A stretch of DNA of 63,904 nucleotides, the filler included, from Octopus bimaculoides (Eukaryota): NCBI RefSeq assembly GCF_001194135.2. It is 5 parts of 5 records of this genome, joined end to end, with 100 filler letters (N's around TTAATTAATTAA, not from the genome) between each part and the next. Parts side by side here need not be neighbours in the genome. Positions count along the whole stretch, not along the records: positions 62,880 to 63,904 come from NW_026334740.1; 4 more parts are not named here. One strand, given 5' to 3'. This document shows positions 62,780-63,904 of this stretch, in pieces (positions within the stretch are counted from its first letter, which is position 1; the number at the start of each line of letters is the position of its first letter). A program made the position numbers and the translations under genes. Under the pieces are notes generated by a model. It saw only the letters and a program-made list of their open reading frames with translations, made no database searches and was not told the origin of the DNA.

Positions 62780-62879
62780 NNNNNNNNNNNNNNNNNNNNN
62801 NNNNNNNNNNNNNNNNNNNNNNNTTAATTAATTAANNNNNNNNNNNNNNNNNNNNNNNNNNNNNNNNNNNNNNNNNNNN
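62780..62879. other. Artificial scaffold join with six-frame stop linker
   Basis: TTAATTAATTAA at 62824-62835 between two 44-N runs. Confidence 0.95.
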
Positions 62880-63127
62880 TAGAATAAGTACTAGGCTTAC
62901 AAAGAATAAGTCCTGCGGTCGATTAGCTCCACTAAAAGGCGCTGCTCCAGCATGGCCACAGTAAAAAAAAAAAAAACTGAAACAAGTAAAAGAGTAAAAA
63001 GAGTAGATTAATAATGATCATGACGATAATGAAAGCGATGATTATGATGATGATGATGATGATTTGACTGTTTCTTGCATTTTGCTTTTGCTTTTGTTAT
63101 TTTTTTCTTTTTTCTTTTTCGCTTCAG

Positions 63128-63338
63128 ATCCGAGATACGAGCGGACATCATTGGGAGGACAACTTAAACATGAACGACGTTTGCCTCCTTCAACCAATCG
63201 CGTATCAGATAAAAAAAAAACATGCACAGAATAACAGAATCATACAGGAATGAAAATGGAATGCCACATGTGAGAGAGACAGCCATATGGCTACCACCAG
63301 GAAATCCTAGAAGTCTCCGATTACGATTGCCATCAAGG
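63128..63338 (+). other. Candidate exon whose reading frame is broken at an A10 homopolymer
   Basis: Very long polypyrimidine tract plus CAG, and an AGG|GTAGGT donor. Frame PRYERTSLGGQ...VSDKK continues as NMHRITESYRNENGMPHVRETAIWLPPGNPRSLRLRLPSR only if the A run is 8 or 11 nt. Confidence 0.35.
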
Positions 63339-63904
63339 GTAGGTGCCTTCTAATGTTTGTTAGGATCAATAAAAGCCCTTGTGCTCTGCGGATGTTTGTA
63401 TAGGCTCTTTTTGTAACACTTAAACATTTGAATTTGTTCCGTTTTATATTTATTTACTCACAAAATTATTCGATACGAGTTCTAAATTATTCGACATGGT
63501 CTTGTAATCCTTCTGTCTATTTTCTTCTATTGGTCAACCAATGTTCTTTTACGTTCATAAATTCTAATGGTCACATTATTTTACTCCTTTTCCTCATTGG
63601 TAAATCGTAAATCTTAACAAATCAGAGGTGGTGATTTTCTCAAGTTATTTATTCGTAACGTAATCGTAAAAAGGTAAAAGTCTGTTTTTACCTATTTATA
63701 GAGAACTTTAAACTAGGCGCAGAACAACACTGATCAAGCCGATAACAGTTACTGCTTCGAGGTTTTGTATTAGAGTTAATACCTGCCCATAGGGTATGGA
63801 GACGTTGAAACAAGTTATAAAACGTTTTGTTTCACATTTAATATAAATGAGGCCCTCTCACAGGCCTCAATGAAAATGTAAACTGAAATAAATTTGTTTC
63901 TTTC

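Noticed and set aside
49709-62831. Long ORFs in the supplied track (for example 417 aa at 50298-51551, 308 aa at 59649-60575)
   Set aside because: They consist of X from N gaps and dipeptide runs (HT, CV, YI, LS, RE) from microsatellites.

Overview
AT-rich, microsatellite-dense metazoan genomic DNA, most likely octopus. That inference rests on an N-terminus matching cephalopod class-III alcohol dehydrogenase and on the SINE/MITE landscape. The window is not one natural contig. Four identical 100-bp joins (44 N + TTAATTAATTAA + 44 N, a six-frame stop linker) split it into five pieces: 1-28540, 28641-34939, 35040-49660, 49761-62779 and 62880-63904. Host genes that can be supported are ADH class III exons 1-2 (+), whose remaining exons are absent after the first join; a three-exon von Willebrand A module with an intact MIDAS (+); and an unidentified spliced ORF at 37.9-46 kb (+). 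Several weaker orphan exon candidates are also listed. The rest is transposon debris: a DD36E Tc1, mariners, hAT, RTE, CR1 and R4-like LINEs, several tRNA-derived SINE families, and hAT, piggyBac and mariner MITEs with readable TSDs. The most unusual items are a 91-bp mini-Helitron, an unclassified MITE with 40-bp TIRs, a 6-bp TSD and a telomeric-repeat palindrome, a circularly permuted hammerhead-ribozyme-like insert, and a six-copy head-to-tail SINE array. Nearly all ORFs in the supplied track are artefacts of microsatellites or N gaps. No rRNA, true tRNA or CRISPR array was found. All family assignments come from motif recognition by eye, not from database searches.
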